Position numbers and translations under genes: made by a program
The notes under the pieces: generated by a model
Told to the model about the DNA's origin: nothing
Databases searched by the model: none
The model's input: only the letters and a program-made list of their open reading frames with translations
In this document: one piece after another, positions 18,957-29,930 of the stretch
Numbering within the stretch: position 1 is the first letter of the stretch
Layout of the letters: each line of letters starts with the position of its first letter
Source: Candidatus Nomurabacteria bacterium
Lineage (GTDB): Bacteria; Patescibacteriota; Minisyncoccia; Phycocordibacterales; UBA9973
Assembly: GCA_028286485.1 (NCBI GenBank)
Contig: JAQBRM010000027.1
Coordinates: 10,632-74,631 of the forward strand
Length of the DNA stretch: 64,000 nt
Direction: 5' to 3'

Positions 18957-19748
18957 GTGCGGTATACTTGCTCCATGGAACCACAAGAAAACCCACAAAA
19001 AGACCCTATTGAAAACAGTCCTATTAGTACCGTACCCCCAAAACCAGCCATCAGTATTGCGGCTGCCATCCTCACCGGCGCCGCCATGACCGCATTGGCA
19101 CTTATTATTGTATTGCACCCATCCAACACCGCACCAAGTCCGACCACCGGTGCCATCAGCCAACCGACTACTCCGACCACCGTTCCCGCTGCCATCGTGA
19201 CCGTGCGCCCCGGCGATGCCAATCATATTCGCGGCGATATCAATACTGCGCAAGTAGTGATATTTGAATACTCCGATAGTGACTGCCCGTTCTGCGAACA
19301 GTTTCATCCGACCCTTCAGCAAGTGGTAAGTGACTATCAAGGAAAAGTTGCGTGGGTCTATCGTTACTTCCCGCTCAGTATCCACCCCAACACTCATACC
19401 GAAGCGATTGCATTGCAATGTGCGGGCCAGCTCGGTGGGGCAAAAGGTTTCAATACCTATCTTGATACCATTATCAATATCACCCTCAATCCTGACACCA
19501 AGAGCAATGAGATGCTGACTACTATTGCGTCCCAACAGGGCTTAGACGCTACCAAGTTCAATGCTTGTCGGGCCGATCCGGCTACAGCCGCTATGGTTGA
19601 CGCAAGCAGCCAAGAAGCACAGAGCATTGGTGCACAAGGTACGCCATTCAGCATTGCCGTCAATATCAAAACCGGCAAGCAAATCATCATCCCCGGCGCA
19701 TACCCTCTCGCAGAGGTGAAAAAGGATATCGATTCCCTCCTCCAGTAA
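18957..19748 (+). CDS. DsbA-family thiol:disulfide oxidoreductase, membrane-anchored
   Basis: CPFC active site embedded in a thioredoxin fold (VVIFEYSDSDCPFCEQFHP...). N-terminal TM helix plus a Pro/Thr linker. The real start may be M7. Confidence 0.75.
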   Translation: MRYTCSMEPQENPQKDPIENSPISTVPPKPAISIAAAILTGAAMTALALIIVLHPSNTAPSPTTGAISQPTTPTTVPAAIVTVRPGDANHIRGDINTAQVVIFEYSDSDCPFCEQFHPTLQQVVSDYQGKVAWVYRYFPLSIHPNTHTEAIALQCAGQLGGAKGFNTYLDTIINITLNPDTKSNEMLTTIASQQGLDATKFNACRADPATAAMVDASSQEAQSIGAQGTPFSIAVNIKTGKQIIIPGAYPLAEVKKDIDSLLQ

Positions 19749-19756
19749 TTCATAAT

Positions 19757-19790
19757 AAAAAAAACGCTAGATCGGATCTAGCGGTTTTTT
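19757..19790. terminator. bidirectional terminator between the convergent dsbA-like and rpoD genes
   Basis: aaaaaaaacgctagatc-g-gatctagcggtttttt. Confidence 0.6.
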
Positions 19791-19795
19791 ATTAT

Positions 19796-21163
19796 TTAAT
19801 CGAAATAGTTTCGGAGGCGTTGGATGCGGTCGTTTTGCCGGAGCTTTTCGTGAACCTTGGCTTCGATTTGTCGAATACGTTCACGAGTCACGCCGAACTC
19901 CTTGCCGACTTCTTCAAGGGTGTGCTGTACCCCATCGACAAGTCCGTAGCGCATTTCCAAAATTCTTTTTTCCTTTGGAGAGAGTTCTTCCAAGACGGCC
20001 CGAATGGCATCTTGCAACATGCGACGAGAGGATTCTTGGTCGGGACGAAGGATCTTGTCATCGGCAATGAACTCACCGAAGGTAGACTTGTCTTCATCAT
20101 CACCGATCGGTGATTCAAGTGATCGCGTCTCTTGGTTGATCTGTTCGATGACGTGTACTTTCTCCACTTCAATGCCCATTTCCATGGCGATTTCTTCCGG
20201 CATCGGATCACGGCCGAGGTCTTGCCCCAAACGGCGCATGACTTGCTTGTATTTTGAAATAGTCTCAACCATGTGCACGGGAATACGGATGGTACGAGAC
20301 TGGTCGGCCAAGGCACGCGTAATGGACTGGCGAATCCACCAGGTGGCATAGGTGGAGAATTTAAAGCCCTTGGTGTAGTCGAACTTTTCCACCGCCTTGA
20401 AGAGACCGATGTTCCCTTCTTGAATCAAGTCCAAGAGCGTCAGGTCAGCGGTACGGTTGGCATACTTTTTCGCAATGGATACCACCAGACGCAGGTTGGA
20501 ACGAGCCAACAGGTTCTTGGCTTCCAAATCCCCCGCCGCAATACGCTTGGCGAATTCCTTTTCCTGTGCGGCATTGATCAACGGATACTGTCCGATATCC
20601 TTAAGGTACATCTGCACGGAGCTGAAGCTGTGGCTGTCTTTGACGTATTTTGAAAGGTCTTCATTACTATCGATATCCAGTAAGTTGCCGCCCTCCAGAA
20701 TATCAATACCGGCGATGCTGAATTTCTCATACAGCTCATCAAGAAACATGATATTGTTTTCAATATCGGGAAATGTCTTTAAAATCTCGTCATAGGTAAT
20801 GAAGCCGCGTTTCTTACCCTTGCCGATAAGTTCTTCAGACTTCACTTCCATTTCTTTCAATTTCTTTTCACTGTTGTTCTCGCGACGTGGCGGCATGCCG
20901 GCGTGACGAATAGTAATGGGTTTTGGCTTGACCTTTACTTTGGGTACCACTTTCTTGGGCGCTACTTTTTTAGCAGGAGTTTTTTTTGGAGCTTTTTTTA
21001 CTGCACGCTTTGGTGCCACTTTTTTTGCTGCCTTTTTCTTGGGCGCCGGAGCGCTCTTTTTTACTACTTTTTTTGATTGTGCTTTTTTAGCTGGTTTTTT
21101 GTTGGGCATATGTTCATTCGTATCATTATAGAAAATCACTTGAATGTCAAGCAATTGAGTCAC
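19796..21163 (-). CDS. rpoD: RNA polymerase sigma factor RpoD (primary sigma70) with a histone-H1-like K/A/P-rich N-terminal tail
   Basis: Region 2 is [27 protein letters not shown]...[35 protein letters not shown]. Region 4 is present. The N-terminus [29 protein letters not shown]... is low-complexity. An alternative start at M19 (about 21109) is possible. Confidence 0.95.
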   Translation of the reverse strand: MTQLLDIQVIFYNDTNEHMPNKKPAKKAQSKKVVKKSAPAPKKKAAKKVAPKRAVKKAPKKTPAKKVAPKKVVPKVKVKPKPITIRHAGMPPRRENNSEKKLKEMEVKSEELIGKGKKRGFITYDEILKTFPDIENNIMFLDELYEKFSIAGIDILEGGNLLDIDSNEDLSKYVKDSHSFSSVQMYLKDIGQYPLINAAQEKEFAKRIAAGDLEAKNLLARSNLRLVVSIAKKYANRTADLTLLDLIQEGNIGLFKAVEKFDYTKGFKFSTYATWWIRQSITRALADQSRTIRIPVHMVETISKYKQVMRRLGQDLGRDPMPEEIAMEMGIEVEKVHVIEQINQETRSLESPIGDDEDKSTFGEFIADDKILRPDQESSRRMLQDAIRAVLEELSPKEKRILEMRYGLVDGVQHTLEEVGKEFGVTRERIRQIEAKVHEKLRQNDRIQRLRNYFD

Positions 21164-21164
21164 G

Positions 21165-22865
21165 TCATTGCATATGACGTGACTGATTTATTTGTTGCAG
21201 GAGAGCCAGGTATTCGAGTTCTTTTACTTCATCGTTGTTTTGTTTCGCTTCGTTCATTTTCATGGCATAGCTGAAGCGCAGGTTTTCCAAGAATTGATTG
21301 ATGATGGCCGTGGAAATTTCGTGCAGTACCGCCAATCGTTGCTCGACCTCCAATGATTTATTCTCACGCTCCACGATGGCCAAGATACGTTCGCGATCGG
21401 CATCACTCAACGGCGCAAGCGGCAGTCGCTCACCATTGAATTCAAAATTTGTTACTTTTGAAATAACCGTCTCCGTTCCATCTTCCGGATACAATTCTAT
21501 GAAGGCTTGAAACCGTTCCGCGATGGAAATGCCTTCTGAGGATTTGGGAAGTGTAATCGGTGATGCCACATAAGGAATACTCACTGTTTCTTTCAGGTAG
21601 GCGATGAAATCTTCATTCACCTCTTTGGTACCCAAGCTGGATTCAGTGGCAATCGTATTGAGGTACATGTTCCGTTCAATGGATGATTGTACGCGCGCCA
21701 GAAAAGGAAATAATTTTTGACGGATACTTTGTTTCAGTTGATGGGCGGATAATGCGCTTTTTTGCAGGACATGAAGCGTGTGGAGAATGAAATGTTCACC
21801 ATGCTTCAATAATTCCTTCCAGCTGTCGGTGCCATTAGCAATGATAAAATCAGCCGGGTCCACCCCTTCCGGCAATGCCACCACCTTGGGATTCATACCC
21901 ATGGATAAGGTGACCAGTGCTGCACGTTCCATGGCTTTCTGCCCGGCACTATCGCCATCAAAGGCTAGGAAGAGGTTGGGCGTCAAGCGAGCGATGACTG
22001 ACAGCTGAGCGCTCGAATCACCGATCGTCGTTTCCGACACGGCCGTACCTGACGTTGCCACCGTATTTTTAAATCCCGCTTGATGGCTGAGCACGAGGTC
22101 CATCTGTCCTTCCACTAAAATGGCGAAGTTGTGTTTCTTGATGGCAATCTTGGCTTTATCAAAACCAAATAACACACGCGACTTTTGGAAGACTTCCGTT
22201 TCAGGACTATTAAGATACTTCGGACCTTCTTCCGTATCCGGAAACATGCGACCGGAAAACGCTACAATGCGTCCACTGCTGTCCGTTAATGGAAATATAA
22301 TGCGTCCGCGGAAGCGATCATAGTACCCTTTTTCAGTTTTTTTGATTAGTCCCGCACGTTCATAGTAGCCGTGGTTTTTCTCATCCAGTCCGCCCGCAAT
22401 AGTGCGCCACTCCATTGGGGCATACCCAATACGAAATTGCTCAATGGTTTCTTCCATCACTCCCCTTTTTTTCAAATACTCCACTGCTTCAGGATTTTTT
22501 TTCAACAGCGCCTGGTATTTCCGTGCGGCTTGTTCCAATGCATCGTAGACACTATCGGTCGGCTCGGCTGTATCATATTGAGCGGTCAGCGGTATGCCCG
22601 CTCTGTCGGCCAGCACTTTCAATGCGCCCTTGAAGTCCAATCCTTCAAACTCTTGTACGAAGTTCAGAATATCTCCCTTAGCACCGCAACCGAAGCAATA
22701 GTAAAGGCCGCGTTCCGGCGATACCGAAAACGACGCGGTCTTTTCATTATGAAACGGGCATCGGGCCTTAAACTGGGTTCCAGACGGCTCAAGCGTAATA
22801 TACGTTGAGAGGACTTCGGTAATAGGCAATCGATGTTTTATTTGTTCGATCAGCCTGTTGTCCAT
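21165..22865 (-). CDS. dnaG: DNA primase
   Basis: CHC2 zinc finger [30 protein letters not shown] and a TOPRIM domain. The track ORF extends to 22907, but the conserved start [10 protein letters not shown] is at about 22865, leaving a 4-nt gap after rpoC. Confidence 0.9.
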   Translation of the reverse strand: MDNRLIEQIKHRLPITEVLSTYITLEPSGTQFKARCPFHNEKTASFSVSPERGLYYCFGCGAKGDILNFVQEFEGLDFKGALKVLADRAGIPLTAQYDTAEPTDSVYDALEQAARKYQALLKKNPEAVEYLKKRGVMEETIEQFRIGYAPMEWRTIAGGLDEKNHGYYERAGLIKKTEKGYYDRFRGRIIFPLTDSSGRIVAFSGRMFPDTEEGPKYLNSPETEVFQKSRVLFGFDKAKIAIKKHNFAILVEGQMDLVLSHQAGFKNTVATSGTAVSETTIGDSSAQLSVIARLTPNLFLAFDGDSAGQKAMERAALVTLSMGMNPKVVALPEGVDPADFIIANGTDSWKELLKHGEHFILHTLHVLQKSALSAHQLKQSIRQKLFPFLARVQSSIERNMYLNTIATESSLGTKEVNEDFIAYLKETVSIPYVASPITLPKSSEGISIAERFQAFIELYPEDGTETVISKVTNFEFNGERLPLAPLSDADRERILAIVERENKSLEVEQRLAVLHEISTAIINQFLENLRFSYAMKMNEAKQNNDEVKELEYLALLQQINQSRHMQ

Positions 22866-22869
22866 CGTT

Positions 22870-25800
22870 TTATTCGTCGTGCTTAATGTTGTTGATATCG
22901 AGCGCACTGCGTTCTCGGAAACCGGTGCCGGCAGGAATCAATCGTCCGACAGTCACATTTTCCTTCAAGCCACGGAGCGTGTCAGTACCGCCTTTTACGG
23001 CATTGGCAATGAGCACACGGTTGGTGTTCTGGAAGGAAGCGGCAGAGATCCAACTCTTGGCATTAAGCGCAGTTTGTGTAATACCGAAGATGACCAGTGC
23101 GCCTTTGGCTTCTTTCAAGCCACGTTCACGCATCTTGGCATTTTCTTCCATCAATTCCGTTGCTTCAATCACTTCTCCAGGAGAGAAGGTAGTATCACCG
23201 GTATCCTTGATTTTGCGACGAGAGAACATCTGACGAACAATGATTTCCAAGTGCTTGCGGGCGATTGAGGCGCCTTGCAATTCATACACTTTGATAATTT
23301 CACGAATGATGTAATCTTCGGCTGCTTCACGGCTGCCGTATTCGTAGACTTCCTCTACATTGGCTGATCCATCGGTCAACAATTCGCCGCCGACAATTTC
23401 TTGTCCGACTTTCACGATTGGCACGCGACGAGGACCGACAGGGTATGCAATGGACTCTTTCTTTGATTCTTCTTTCTCGGAAAGCACTATGATAGTTTTG
23501 TCGGCACCGTCTTCGGTAATTTCCAACACCGTACCGGCATATTTTGCCACTGCGGCAGGATTCTTCACCGTACGACATTCGAAGACTTCTTCCACACGAG
23601 GCAGACCTTGTGTAATGTCGACACCTGCTAGACCGCCGGCGTGGAACGTACGAAGGGTGAGCTGCGTACCCGGTTCACCGATCGCTTGCGCGGCGATGAT
23701 ACCCACGGACTCACCGCGTGCTACCAAATGGTTACGTCCCAAGTCGAGACCGTAACACTGTCGGCAAATACCGTAGATCGTCTTACACACCATTGGTGTA
23801 CGGACGAATACTTCCTTTACTCCTTTCTGGTCAATCAACATGATATCGTCTTTGGCGAGCAAGTGTCCGCGCTTGAGGATAGTAGTGCCATCCACCACGA
23901 TATCTTTTGCGAGCACACGTCCGCGAATGCTCTTGGCCAATGGAATTTCCAATCCGGAAATAACTTCTGCCACCATGCGCTTGGAGCCTTTGGTGCCACA
24001 GTCTTCTTCCGTAATGACCACATCCTGCGCCACATCAACGAGACGACGTGTCAGGTATCCGGCACGAGCGGTGTTCAACGCCGTGTCGGCCAAACCTTTA
24101 CGTGAACCGTGAGTGGTAATGAAGTATTCAATCGGTGATAGTCCTTCCTTGTATGAAGGAATAATCGGGAAATCAATCGTTCGTCCGGTAGTGTTTTGAA
24201 TCAAACCAGTCATACCCGCCATCTGCGATACCTGCGCCATAGAGCCACGGGCACCGGAGGTAACGAGGTTGTAAGTAGAACTTCCTTTCGTCATCATATC
24301 AGGCAGCAGTTTTTCAATTTCGGCCTTGGCTTTATTCCACAATGTAATTGTTTTTTCATACAATTCTTCCTTTGAAAGCAAACCATCTTCATATTGCTTT
24401 TTCATTTCCGTATCGAGTAAACGATACTTCTGCACGATCTCAGGTTTTTCTTTTGGTACGATCACGTTATCAATACCCCAAGTAGTACCGGACTGTGTCG
24501 CGTATTTGTAGCCGAATGATTTGATGCGGTCAAGAATCGGAGCGACTTCCGTCACGCCATACTTGGCAATCAAGTCATCCATGATGACGGCCATTTTCTT
24601 GGAAGTCATTTCATCTTCGATATACGGAAAGTCTGCAGGCAGAATGGCGTTGAAGAGCAATCGTCCGACGGTCGTAGGAAATGGCTTGCCGGCGAACTGC
24701 GCGTACTTTGTCTTATCGGTACCGAGCACGTGAATTTTTGCGCGGAGCGATACTTGTTCGAAGTCGTAGGTGGTGATGGCTTCGTTCGGATTGGCAAAAT
24801 ACATGCCCTCCCCTTTTTCACCATCAACATCCGCTGTCATCCAGTAACAACCTAGAATAATGTCGAGCTTGTTCACCGCCACAATAGGATCACCGTTCTG
24901 CGGTTTCAAGATATTCTTATCAGCAGCGATCAATGTCTTAGCTTCGCGCTGTGCTTCTTCAGACAATGGCAGATAGACACCCATTTGGTCACCATCGAAG
25001 TCGGCGTTGAAGGCCGGACAAACGAGTGGGTGCACCTTGATGGCATTGCCTTCTACCAGTACCGGCATGAAGGCCTGAATACCAAGTCGGTGCAAGGTCG
25101 GTGCACGGTTCAACATCACATACTTGCCCTTGATGGCTTCTTCAAGAATGGCCCAGACTTCCGGAATCCCTTCTTCAATAAGTTTGTTGGCACCACGAAT
25201 GTTGTATGCGAGCTCTTGTTCGATGATTTTTGAAATCACGAATGGACGGAAGAGTTCCAACGCCATATGTTTTGGCAGACCACATTGGTTGAGTTTCAAT
25301 GTCGGGCCGACGACGATGACAGAACGAGCGGAGTAGTCCACACGCTTACCGAGCAAGTTCTGACGGAAGAGTCCTTGCTTTGATTTCAAGTTATCAGACA
25401 ATGACTTCAGTGCACGACGCTGTGCTTGGCTCATGGCAGGACTGTCTTGTCCGGCAATGGAGTTATCAATCAATGCGTCCACTGCTTCTTGCAAGATACG
25501 CTTTTCATTACGAAGGATCACATCAGGTGCACCGATTTCTTTCAATTTTTTCAAACGATTGTTTCGGTTGATGACACGACGGTAGAGGTCGTTGATATCG
25601 GATGTAGCGTGACGGCCACCTTCCAATGCCACCATTGGGCGAATAGCTGGTGGGATCACAGGAATAACGGAAAGGAACATCCATTCTGGGCGAATGTTGG
25701 CATAGATCATGCCGCGTACGAGTGCCAAACGCTTGTTCAATTTCTCGCGTTCTGCCGCACCGGCTTTCTCAAGCATTTTTTCCGTGTGTGCTTTCACTTT

Positions 25801-26484
25801 AGCCAAATCCATATCTTTGAAGAGTTGGTAGATTGGCTCAGCACCAACACCGGCTTCAAACGCAGAACCGTATTTCAATGAGTAGTGGTGGTATGAAATT
25901 TCATTCAATACTTTTCCAACGCGAATTTCACCGATTTCTTTTTTGGTGTTGGTCAGCAAGGTGCGAAGCTTGTCGCGTGTTTCTTCATCCGCCGCGCCTT
26001 TCAATTTGTTTTTGAATTCCGCATCAAGATCGGTGATAATACGCTCACGTTCGTCTTCATGCACGATCGTAATAATGTAGCCGGCGAAGTAGACGACTTT
26101 TTCAAGATCGGTCAGAGAGACGTTGAGCAAGATACTCATACGAGATGGTACGCCGCGCAGGAACCAGATGTGTGCTACCGGAGAGGCCAGCTCGATGTGG
26201 CCCATACGATCACGGCGAACGATGGACTGGGTGACTTCCACGCCACATTTCTCACAGATAATACCGGCGTATCGAATACGCTTGTACTTGCCACAGTAAC
26301 ATTCATAGTCTTTCTCGGGACCGAAGATGCGTTCGTCGAAGAGACCGCCGCGTTCACTGCGTCCGGTACGGTAGTTGATGGTTTCCGGCTTGGTTACTTC
26401 ACCAAAACTCCATTCGCGAATGCGATCAGGGCTTGCGAGCTTCAGACTGATTGAGTTAAAATTTGTTGTGTCGAGTGTTTTCAT
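22870..26484 (-). CDS. rpoC: DNA-directed RNA polymerase subunit beta'
   Basis: Zinc-binding CYCGKYKRIRYAGIICEKCGVEV and the catalytic NADFDGD motif. 1204 aa. Confidence 0.97.
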   Translation of the reverse strand: MKTLDTTNFNSISLKLASPDRIREWSFGEVTKPETINYRTGRSERGGLFDERIFGPEKDYECYCGKYKRIRYAGIICEKCGVEVTQSIVRRDRMGHIELASPVAHIWFLRGVPSRMSILLNVSLTDLEKVVYFAGYIITIVHEDERERIITDLDAEFKNKLKGAADEETRDKLRTLLTNTKKEIGEIRVGKVLNEISYHHYSLKYGSAFEAGVGAEPIYQLFKDMDLAKVKAHTEKMLEKAGAAEREKLNKRLALVRGMIYANIRPEWMFLSVIPVIPPAIRPMVALEGGRHATSDINDLYRRVINRNNRLKKLKEIGAPDVILRNEKRILQEAVDALIDNSIAGQDSPAMSQAQRRALKSLSDNLKSKQGLFRQNLLGKRVDYSARSVIVVGPTLKLNQCGLPKHMALELFRPFVISKIIEQELAYNIRGANKLIEEGIPEVWAILEEAIKGKYVMLNRAPTLHRLGIQAFMPVLVEGNAIKVHPLVCPAFNADFDGDQMGVYLPLSEEAQREAKTLIAADKNILKPQNGDPIVAVNKLDIILGCYWMTADVDGEKGEGMYFANPNEAITTYDFEQVSLRAKIHVLGTDKTKYAQFAGKPFPTTVGRLLFNAILPADFPYIEDEMTSKKMAVIMDDLIAKYGVTEVAPILDRIKSFGYKYATQSGTTWGIDNVIVPKEKPEIVQKYRLLDTEMKKQYEDGLLSKEELYEKTITLWNKAKAEIEKLLPDMMTKGSSTYNLVTSGARGSMAQVSQMAGMTGLIQNTTGRTIDFPIIPSYKEGLSPIEYFITTHGSRKGLADTALNTARAGYLTRRLVDVAQDVVITEEDCGTKGSKRMVAEVISGLEIPLAKSIRGRVLAKDIVVDGTTILKRGHLLAKDDIMLIDQKGVKEVFVRTPMVCKTIYGICRQCYGLDLGRNHLVARGESVGIIAAQAIGEPGTQLTLRTFHAGGLAGVDITQGLPRVEEVFECRTVKNPAAVAKYAGTVLEITEDGADKTIIVLSEKEESKKESIAYPVGPRRVPIVKVGQEIVGGELLTDGSANVEEVYEYGSREAAEDYIIREIIKVYELQGASIARKHLEIIVRQMFSRRKIKDTGDTTFSPGEVIEATELMEENAKMRERGLKEAKGALVIFGITQTALNAKSWISAASFQNTNRVLIANAVKGGTDTLRGLKENVTVGRLIPAGTGFRERSALDINNIKHDE

Positions 26485-26512
26485 AATGGTTTTTATTTAA
26501 TGAGGCGTGGAG

Positions 26513-29500
26513 TTAATTTTCTACTTCTGTTGCTGATGCGTCGACCGGATTTGATTGCAACAGTTCTACGTCCAGTGATAATCCTCGCAAGTAGTTCAAC
26601 ATGACCGAGAATGAGGCCGGCACATTAGGCTCGCCTATTTTTTCATTCTTGATGATGGCGTCAAATGTTGCGGCACGTCCGCGAATATCATCGGATTTGA
26701 TCGTGAGCATTTCACGAAGGGTGTGCGCTGCACCGTATCCTTCCAATGCCCAGACCTCCATTTCTCCGAAACGCTGACCACCGCCTTGCGCCTTACCGCC
26801 CAATGGCTGCTGCGTAATGAGACTGTATGGCCCGATGGAACGCATGTGAATCTTGTCTTCCACCATGTGGTGCAGTTTCAAAATATACATATATCCCACG
26901 GCAATATCTTGTTCAAACTTATCACCGGTTCGTCCATCGAAGAGTGGTACACGACCGTTGGCAGGGAAACCCGCTTTGACCAATTCTTCTTTGATTTCTG
27001 CATCAGTAGCACCGGAGAATGGTGGCACGATGGCTTGGTAGCCCAACTCGTTTGCAGCCATACCCAAGTGTAGTTCCAGGATTTGTCCGAGGTTCATACG
27101 TGATGGCACACCGAGCGGTGTTAGTACAACGTCTACCGGGGTACCGTCTGCCATGTATGGCATATCTTCTTCAGGTAATACAACGGAGATAACTCCCTTG
27201 TTACCGTGACGTCCTGCCAGCTTGTCACCGACTGAAATATTTCGAAGCTGTGCCACTTCAATGACGATTTTCTTGATCACACCGGATTCAAGCGTGTGTC
27301 CTTGGTCGCGTGAGAATACTTTCACACGAATGATACGTCCGCGCTTGCCGTGATCCATTTTCAATGACGTGTCTTTCACATCACGCGCTTTCTCGGCGAA
27401 GATACTGCGGAGCAAACGTTCTTCCGGAGTGAGTTCTGTCTCGCCTTTTGGCGTGATTTTACCCACGAGGATGTCCCCTTCTTTCACTTCCGCACCGACA
27501 CGAATGATACCGTCTTCATCAAGATCTTTCAGACGAGCTTCACCGACGTTTGGAATATCACGTGTGGTTACTTCCGGTCCGAGCTTGGTATCACGCACCA
27601 CACAGATGAATTCCGCGATATAAATAGAGGTGAATTTTGAATTCTTAATCAATCGTTCTGACAGAATGATCGCGTCTTCGAAGTTTGCACCGTTCCAACT
27701 CATGAATGCCACCATCATGTTCTGGCCGAGCGCGATTTGACCGCGATCAGTAGTAGAGGTATCGGCAAGCAATTCCCCCTTCTTGACTTTCTGTCCCATG
27801 GACACAACCGGACGCTGGTGAAAGGCGTTGAAGTTGTTGTTACGCTGGAATGACACAAGGCTGTAGGAATGATCTTTGCCTTTCTCGTCCTTGACGGTAA
27901 TTTTTGATGCATCAACGAAGGTGATTTCTCCCGCTTCTTGTGCTTGCACGAGACGGCCGGAATATGGTGCGGCATCTTCTTCGACACCCGTCGCCACGAA
28001 TGGTGCTTCAGGGCAAATAAGCGGCACGGCTTGTCGTTGCATGTTACTGCCCATCAATGCACGGTTGGCATTGTTGTGTTCAATGAACGGAATCATGGAA
28101 GTACCGACTGAGAACGCCTGGTTCGGCGCTACGTCGATGTAGTCCACTTCATCCTTGCGCACGATGCCTGGGTTGGTACGGATACGCGCTTCCACTTCAT
28201 CAGGCAAGTTGCCTTTGTCATCATAGCGAGTACCGGCATGCGCAATAATGCACTTCTCTTCTTCTGCCGCATTGAGGTAGGCCACTTCGCCGGTGATTTT
28301 GCCATTCTTCACTTTCACATATGGGGTCTCAATAATACCGAATGCGTTCACGCGAGCGTAAATAGACAGACGCAAAATCAAACCGATGTTCGGACCTTCC
28401 GGTGTTTGGATCGGACAAACGCGACCGTAGTGAGATGGGTGCACGTCACGCACTTCAAGGGTAGCGCGTTCACGTGTCAGACCGCCGGGACCAAGGGCAG
28501 AAAGGGTACGTAGTTCTTCAAGCTCGGACAAGACGTTCTCTTGCTGCATGAACTGAGAGAGCTGGTTGGTGGTAAAAAATTCTTTGATGCGAGCTTGCAA
28601 TGGGCGCTGGTTAACCACCTGAATAGGCAATGCATTCGTTGCATCGATAGTAGACATACGGTCCTGCACGTTACGCTTGATCTGAGTCAGACCAACGTAG
28701 ACTTTTTGCTGGAGCATTTCACCAACGAAACGCACGCGACGTGAACTGAGGTTATCAATGTCATCAGGGCGAGAGCCGGGAGTGTTATTCAATGCAATGA
28801 TGTTGTTGACGATCAATGCCAAGTCAGCCGCGGAGAGGGTCTTGCGTTCCATTTCTTTATCAGACATGTCGAGCTCGAAACGCTTGTTGAAACGAAAACG
28901 TCCAACAGCTGAGAGGTCGTAACGCTCTTCTGAGAAGAGGTTGTTGACGAAGTCACGAGCGTTATCAGCAGTCGCGAGGTCGCCGTCACGGAGCTTACGG
29001 TAGATTTCCACGAAAGCTTCGCCAGGGGTTTTTGCTACGTCCTTTTCCAATGAGTGAGTGATGAGCGCGTTTGCTACCGGATTAGGAAAATGTTTTTTGA
29101 TTTCTTCATCAGTGGCCAAACCGAGGGCGCGCAAAAGAGACACAACAGGGAATTTGCGCTTTTTGTCGATACGCACGTAGACCGTGCCATCAGGATCGGA
29201 TTCGATTTCAATCCACACACCGCGGTTAGGAATGATTTTAGCACCGAAGAAACGCTTGCCTTTGACTTCCAGCTCGGTGAAAAAGACACCGGATGAACGA
29301 GAGAGTTGTGGAATGATGGAACGTTCAACACCGTTGATGATGAATGTGCCGTGTGGAGTCATGACCGGCAGGTCAGCCATGAAAATTTCCTGTTCTTTTT
29401 CGGAACCGGTTTGCTTGTTGGTGAGTTTTACGCGAGCCTTGATTTGCGCTTCGAGAGAGAGCTTGTTTTCCTTACAATGATGTTCATCATTTTTCGGTTC

Positions 29501-29719
29501 AACAACGTGGAATGAGACGAAGTCCAGCTGGAACTTCTTGCCGGAGTAGTCATTGATGGGAGTGAATTCCTTGAAGACTTCCTTCAGGCCTTTCTCAATG
29601 AGCCAGTTGAATGAATCAAGCTGGTGCTGAATAAGGTTTGGGAATGGTACGAGGGGTTTTTTATACTTCGAAAAGTACTTTTTTGGACGAACGTCGGTGC
29701 TTTTTATAATTTTACTCAT
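26513..29719 (-). CDS. rpoB: DNA-directed RNA polymerase subunit beta
   Basis: Conserved Rpb2-like domains and the C-terminal GGQRFGEMEVWALEGYGAAHTLREMLTIKSDD. 1068 aa. Confidence 0.97.
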   Translation of the reverse strand: MSKIIKSTDVRPKKYFSKYKKPLVPFPNLIQHQLDSFNWLIEKGLKEVFKEFTPINDYSGKKFQLDFVSFHVVEPKNDEHHCKENKLSLEAQIKARVKLTNKQTGSEKEQEIFMADLPVMTPHGTFIINGVERSIIPQLSRSSGVFFTELEVKGKRFFGAKIIPNRGVWIEIESDPDGTVYVRIDKKRKFPVVSLLRALGLATDEEIKKHFPNPVANALITHSLEKDVAKTPGEAFVEIYRKLRDGDLATADNARDFVNNLFSEERYDLSAVGRFRFNKRFELDMSDKEMERKTLSAADLALIVNNIIALNNTPGSRPDDIDNLSSRRVRFVGEMLQQKVYVGLTQIKRNVQDRMSTIDATNALPIQVVNQRPLQARIKEFFTTNQLSQFMQQENVLSELEELRTLSALGPGGLTRERATLEVRDVHPSHYGRVCPIQTPEGPNIGLILRLSIYARVNAFGIIETPYVKVKNGKITGEVAYLNAAEEEKCIIAHAGTRYDDKGNLPDEVEARIRTNPGIVRKDEVDYIDVAPNQAFSVGTSMIPFIEHNNANRALMGSNMQRQAVPLICPEAPFVATGVEEDAAPYSGRLVQAQEAGEITFVDASKITVKDEKGKDHSYSLVSFQRNNNFNAFHQRPVVSMGQKVKKGELLADTSTTDRGQIALGQNMMVAFMSWNGANFEDAIILSERLIKNSKFTSIYIAEFICVVRDTKLGPEVTTRDIPNVGEARLKDLDEDGIIRVGAEVKEGDILVGKITPKGETELTPEERLLRSIFAEKARDVKDTSLKMDHGKRGRIIRVKVFSRDQGHTLESGVIKKIVIEVAQLRNISVGDKLAGRHGNKGVISVVLPEEDMPYMADGTPVDVVLTPLGVPSRMNLGQILELHLGMAANELGYQAIVPPFSGATDAEIKEELVKAGFPANGRVPLFDGRTGDKFEQDIAVGYMYILKLHHMVEDKIHMRSIGPYSLITQQPLGGKAQGGGQRFGEMEVWALEGYGAAHTLREMLTIKSDDIRGRAATFDAIIKNEKIGEPNVPASFSVMLNYLRGLSLDVELLQSNPVDASATEVEN

Positions 29720-29930
29720 AGCTATCTAAACGCAAAAATGCCTCACGGGGCCTCCCGAGGGCGTTATCTATAAAAATCTCTCTAATCTACAGCGTTTTCT
29801 ACCGCAACCATTCCACAATCTGTAAGAGCACCAGTATAAGCAAAAGATGACTCTTTGTCAAACGATTTCACTCTTATCTCTCTTTGATCTTTAAATATTC
29901 TTGATCACTAAAATTATATGATGGAGCTGC

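Noticed and set aside
22886-29515. Numerous 60–200 aa ORFs on both strands inside rpoB and rpoC (for example 23360..23755, 25426..25881, 27369..27623, 29184..29480)
   Set aside because: They lie entirely within, or antisense to, the very high-confidence rpoB and rpoC reading frames. They are composition-biased and low-complexity with no motifs. They are shadow ORFs.
29728-29760. GC-rich hairpin-like sequence gcctcacggggcctcccgagggc in the rpoB leader as a possible riboswitch or L10-binding mimic
   Set aside because: The complementarity is imperfect and the element is short. With no rplJL upstream there is no expected autoregulatory leader. Treated as an ordinary 5'-UTR structure.
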